Assembly (NCBI GenBank): GCA_008632985.1
Contig: QPGO01000070.1
Coordinates: 248,001 to 312,000, forward strand
DNA length: 64,000 nucleotides
Reading direction: 5' to 3'
From: Psammoneis japonica
Taxonomy: Eukaryota
Part shown: one piece after another, positions 60,325 through 64,000 of the stretch
How the letters are laid out: each line of letters starts with the position of its first letter
Numbering within the stretch: position 1 is the stretch's first letter
The notes under the pieces: model-generated
Told to the model about the DNA's origin: nothing
The model's input: only the letters and a program-made list of their open reading frames with translations
Databases searched by the model: none
Program-made: the position numbers and the translations under genes

Positions 60325-63300
60325 ATGAGCGAGGGAGTTTCCAATCAAAACAACAAGAGCTCCGAATCAAAAAAGGAAACGTCCAAACATCATCATGCAT
60401 CGTCTCGTAGTAGCGGTCGAGGTGGCAGAGGAGGACGTGGACGTGGTAGAGGCCGTGGTAGTTCAAGAGGTGGAAGAGGTGGACGGGGAGGCAGAGGCTC
60501 GTCGTCGTTGGAGAATACTACAACCGAGCGTTCCTCGACGAAAAAGCTTCAAGAAAGCAATCCGAATGCCGTGGATAGTACAAACGGAGATAAACAACAG
60601 CAGCAGAATTCGAAAAAGAATAAAAAGAAGGAAAATACCACACAACATACTACTACCGGCGGTGGCAGAGGTAGGGGACGTGGACGATCCTTGAGACACA
60701 ACAAACAACGTGGAGGTCGTGGGGGACGTGGTGGACGACACCACCATGCCAGAGATGCAGCAAGCAAGAGTCCCGTGCCTGATGCTGCAGTAGTAGAAGC
60801 AAAAGAGGAGAATGTTATTGAGGAGGTTTCAGACGTTGTTGCAACAACCGAGGCGCCAGTCGTGCCTCCTCTACCTACAGAACCGACTCGTGAAGAAGCA
60901 CAACAAGAGCCACCGCCCGTCACGATGAGACTGTCTTTGCCTCCACCACCCACAAGCATGCCGAAAAAAATGCCCGGAGGTGTTCCCATGATTTTGTCTC
61001 GTTCAACGCCACCCATGAATGATCAAGAACAACACATTGCCGAAACGATGGCTGTCGCTGCACTCGACGATGAAGAAGAAGAAGAGAAAAAGGAGGTGGA
61101 AAAAACTACAACGAGTAAAACCAAAAAGAAGAAAAAGCCAAAAAAGAAAAAGGAAACAGTTGTTGTTCCAGTAGCAGAACCACAAGAACCAGCACCAGAG
61201 CAGGCTGTTAGCACAACGACGGACGCACTTTCGGCCTTACCGGCAGTCGAGGTTTCCATTTCCGAAACGACATTGGTTCAAGTCCGCCGCACGGACTCGT
61301 CCGCGTCCTTGACACAAGCCGCCATGGACAACACTTCTTCCACTTCCAAGAGTCGTCATTCCAAAAAGACTCGCACCAAAAAGAAAAAGAAAAAAGGTCT
61401 TTCGGGTGATGACGCGGCCAATCAAAAGGCGGCACGTCAATTCAATCGTTCGGTACGACTCTGTGTCGAACAAAGCAATCCCGATGCGATGCGGGATATT
61501 TTGCGCAATCCCCAAAATCACAATTTTGCCCTGGACAAGCACGTGTTGGAGACCGTCATGAAGGCATATGTCATGGCGGCCATGTTTGAAGACGCCCTGT
61601 ATTGTTTGCGCAATTGTGCTCTGCCAGCCACGTTGGATTGTCTTCAAACGGAACGGATTCTATTGTGTTTGCCACAAAATTTACGCAACAGCAGTGCCTA
61701 TACGGCGGCCGATATGATTAATGCGCTTTGCATTGCCACGGATTTTTCGCAACCCACCCTCCGGACGTACTTTTTACGTATCGTCCGTGGGATTGCCTTG
61801 GAATTTCTCGAAGAGGCCATGTCGGCACGGGATCGTATTTGTTCGGCTCCCTGTGAACGACTCGTCCGATCGGCACTCTGTGTCGTGGATGCAAAATTGA
61901 AACGGGGCAAAAAGGCTACCGAGTTGGTGGTCCAACCCGGCCATCAGCTCGGGGTCTTTGTGCCGGACACGCTCGAGAATCGTGGCATTCAAGCCGGTGA
62001 TGCGGTTTCCATTCTGCCGTATGCCGGTCCGTATCCCATGAGTGCCGAGAGTTTGGACCGCAACATGATTGAAGCGACCGTCACCAATGCTCAACCATTG
62101 GTATTGCGATTGCAAGACAAGACCAATGCCAATCTCTACGCCATGCTGACAGAAAATGTCGAGGGCAATGTGTACCGGATTGACAAGCTGGCGAATCGCA
62201 TGGGATTCAATCGTCAATTGGCCGCGGCCGTGGCGATTGCTGCAAGTAGTCCCAACCAAGACGACGACGACAACGAAATGGTTTTGTCGAGACGTGATTT
62301 GAGACGGCCGTCACCCGAACTCATCAAGGCGATTTCTGCCATGGACGAAAACATTAATCGCCGCGTTTTGAATTCCAAATCGTTCGATTTGAGACCGGGT
62401 GAAGAAATGACATCGACGGCGGCACTTTGTGCTCAAGCGGTACCGTGGAATGCACACGACGATGATGCCAATAACGATTGTGTCGATCAAGACGGGATTC
62501 GTGCCGCATCCGCCTTGGCATTGGAAAAGTACGGTGCGCTCGAGGGTCTGAATGCGTCGCAACGCATGGCGGTGGAGAGTGCTGCCACCAATCGACTCAC
62601 GCTGTGTCAGGGACCACCCGGAACGGGAAAAACGGCCGTGGCGATTCGTATTGTGCAGCATTGGGCGCGGTTGGCACAATCCGAAGCGACCAATGGTCAG
62701 AATGCCAATCCCATTTTGGCCACGTCCGATTCCAACATTGCTGTCGATAACTTGGTGGAAGGATGTGCCAATGTAGGATTGCGTGTGGTTCGTTTGGGAC
62801 GGCCCGAAGCGATCAGACCCGAGTTGTTGCGTTATTGTATTGACCGTCCGCCAACCAACAATGGCAACAATAGCAATAATAACAACCAGGGGTATGGGAG
62901 TATGTCTGCGGCTGCCTTTAAGGAAAAGATGAAGACGCTCAAGAATGCTCAAGTCATTTGTTGTACGTGTATTGGAAGTGGTGGCGATATTCTGGACAAT
63001 ATGAACTTTGAACGTGTCCTTGTGGATGAGGCCACCCAGGCGACGGAACCCGCCGTGCTGGTGCCCTTGACAAGAGGATGTCGTCAGCTCGTCTTGGTGG
63101 GTGACCACTGTCAGCTCCCGCCAACCGTTTTGAGTACACGTGCCGAAGAGGAGGGATTGGGTGTCCCGCTCTTTTCCCGCATGGTAGCATGCGGAGTACC
63201 GCCTTGCATGCTGGATACCCAGTATAGGATGCACCCTGCCATTGCCATGTTTCCTTCCGATTTGTTCTATGGCGGCAAGCTACGCAATGGTGTCAGCCCC

Positions 63301-64000
63301 CCGGAGCGCCGTCCTCTGGCTGGATTCCCCTGGCCGCGAGAGGAATTCCCCGTTGCCTTTGTTCCAGTCAATCATGGCGTGGAAATGGACGATGGCGTGA
63401 GCAAGCTCAACGAAGCAGAAGCTGCAGCTGCTTGTGATGCGGTGGCGGCCTTGCTGGAGGGAGGACAATGCACTGTTTCGGACATTGCCGTTGTCACACC
63501 CTACGCCGCCCAAGCACGTCTTATTCGGCGCATGACGAGGCAATTGACTCAAAACCGTGGACCGCCCTATGTGGAAGTGTCCTCTACAGATGGTTTTCAA
63601 GGACGAGAAAAGGAGGCTGTGGTGTTTTCGGCCGTGAGAAGCAACGATTATGGTACCGTTGGCTTTGTATCGGACTGGCGCCGTGTCAATGTATCCTTTA
63701 CTCGTGCCAGGCGTGCTCTGATTGTCATTGGTAATGACCAAACATTGAGACGCGGCGACCCTGATACGTGGATGCCTTGGTTGGCGTGGGCCGATGCACA
63801 GGGTGTCAATACCAACAAGCCTGGCGTACCAAGAGGTCGATACGAACCGGAGCAGCTCCGTCGAGTCCGCGGGGGCACAACAGCCGCCGAAATGCTCAAG
63901 GATGTGTTGGCTCGACAGCAAGCACAACTCAGCCAGGCGGAGAAGCAGTTGCAGAAGGCTGAAAGGAACGCCGAAGGTCACATTATCGGAAACAGTGAGG
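60325..64000 (+). CDS. SF1 Upf1/DNA2-NAM7-family helicase with RGG-rich N-terminus; runs off the window (absent from the ORF track)
   Basis: Same frame from ATG 60325 through QGPPGTGKT, VDEATQATEP, LVGDHCQLPP, LDTQYRMHP, DGFQGREKE and NVSFTRAR. Confidence 0.92.
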   Translation, partial: MSEGVSNQNNKSSESKKETSKHHHASSRSSGRGGRGGRGRGRGRGSSRGGRGGRGGRGSSSLENTTTERSSTKKLQESNPNAVDSTNGDKQQQQNSKKNKKKENTTQHTTTGGGRGRGRGRSLRHNKQRGGRGGRGGRHHHARDAASKSPVPDAAVVEAKEENVIEEVSDVVATTEAPVVPPLPTEPTREEAQQEPPPVTMRLSLPPPPTSMPKKMPGGVPMILSRSTPPMNDQEQHIAETMAVAALDDEEEEEKKEVEKTTTSKTKKKKKPKKKKETVVVPVAEPQEPAPEQAVSTTTDALSALPAVEVSISETTLVQVRRTDSSASLTQAAMDNTSSTSKSRHSKKTRTKKKKKKGLSGDDAANQKAARQFNRSVRLCVEQSNPDAMRDILRNPQNHNFALDKHVLETVMKAYVMAAMFEDALYCLRNCALPATLDCLQTERILLCLPQNLRNSSAYTAADMINALCIATDFSQPTLRTYFLRIVRGIALEFLEEAMSARDRICSAPCERLVRSALCVVDAKLKRGKKATELVVQPGHQLGVFVPDTLENRGIQAGDAVSILPYAGPYPMSAESLDRNMIEATVTNAQPLVLRLQDKTNANLYAMLTENVEGNVYRIDKLANRMGFNRQLAAAVAIAASSPNQDDDDNEMVLSRRDLRRPSPELIKAISAMDENINRRVLNSKSFDLRPGEEMTSTAALCAQAVPWNAHDDDANNDCVDQDGIRAASALALEKYGALEGLNASQRMAVESAATNRLTLCQGPPGTGKTAVAIRIVQHWARLAQSEATNGQNANPILATSDSNIAVDNLVEGCANVGLRVVRLGRPEAIRPELLRYCIDRPPTNNGNNSNNNNQGYGSMSAAAFKEKMKTLKNAQVICCTCIGSGGDILDNMNFERVLVDEATQATEPAVLVPLTRGCRQLVLVGDHCQLPPTVLSTRAEEEGLGVPLFSRMVACGVPPCMLDTQYRMHPAIAMFPSDLFYGGKLRNGVSPPERRPLAGFPWPREEFPVAFVPVNHGVEMDDGVSKLNEAEAAAACDAVAALLEGGQCTVSDIAVVTPYAAQARLIRRMTRQLTQNRGPPYVEVSSTDGFQGREKEAVVFSAVRSNDYGTVGFVSDWRRVNVSFTRARRALIVIGNDQTLRRGDPDTWMPWLAWADAQGVNTNKPGVPRGRYEPEQLRRVRGGTTAAEMLKDVLARQQAQLSQAEKQLQKAERNAEGHIIGNSE

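Noticed and set aside
60395..63981. ORF-track entries over the helicase region, mostly minus strand
   Set aside because: They are shadows of the long plus-strand helicase ORF, which lacks a stop inside the window.

Overview
Eukaryotic nuclear DNA from a diatom, most likely a pennate. The assignment rests on a silicon transporter, bipartite plastid-targeting peptides and short GT-AG introns. Gene islands of normal composition carry a P450, a SIT, an MFS transporter, a B12-binding radical SAM enzyme, a K2P channel, FAD synthase, an SDR, a Sec14 protein, a DTW protein, a lumen protein, a Cys-less pLGIC, a myosin and an Upf1-like helicase. They alternate with five sharply bounded blocks (~1-1060, 9540-11895, 19690-21870, 23400-35580, 48580-59990) in which the dinucleotide TpA is almost absent. 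These blocks hold a complete Ty3/gypsy LTR element (54543-59987, CCGAG TSD), transposase remnants and decayed host-type genes (GT90, UDP-glucuronate epimerase, dual-specificity phosphatase, DEAH helicase, an rsmH-like fragment). The main finding is a double-stranded, region-targeted TpA->TpG/CpA (A:T->G:C) hypermutation, the reverse of fungal RIP. It is visible directly in the LTR pair and as systematic Tyr->His/Cys changes in conserved motifs. A recurring CTAG/TAG-rich intergenic element is also present. Several intact-looking genes carry single-base frameshifts that are probably assembly errors. All compositional statements are by eye, not computed.
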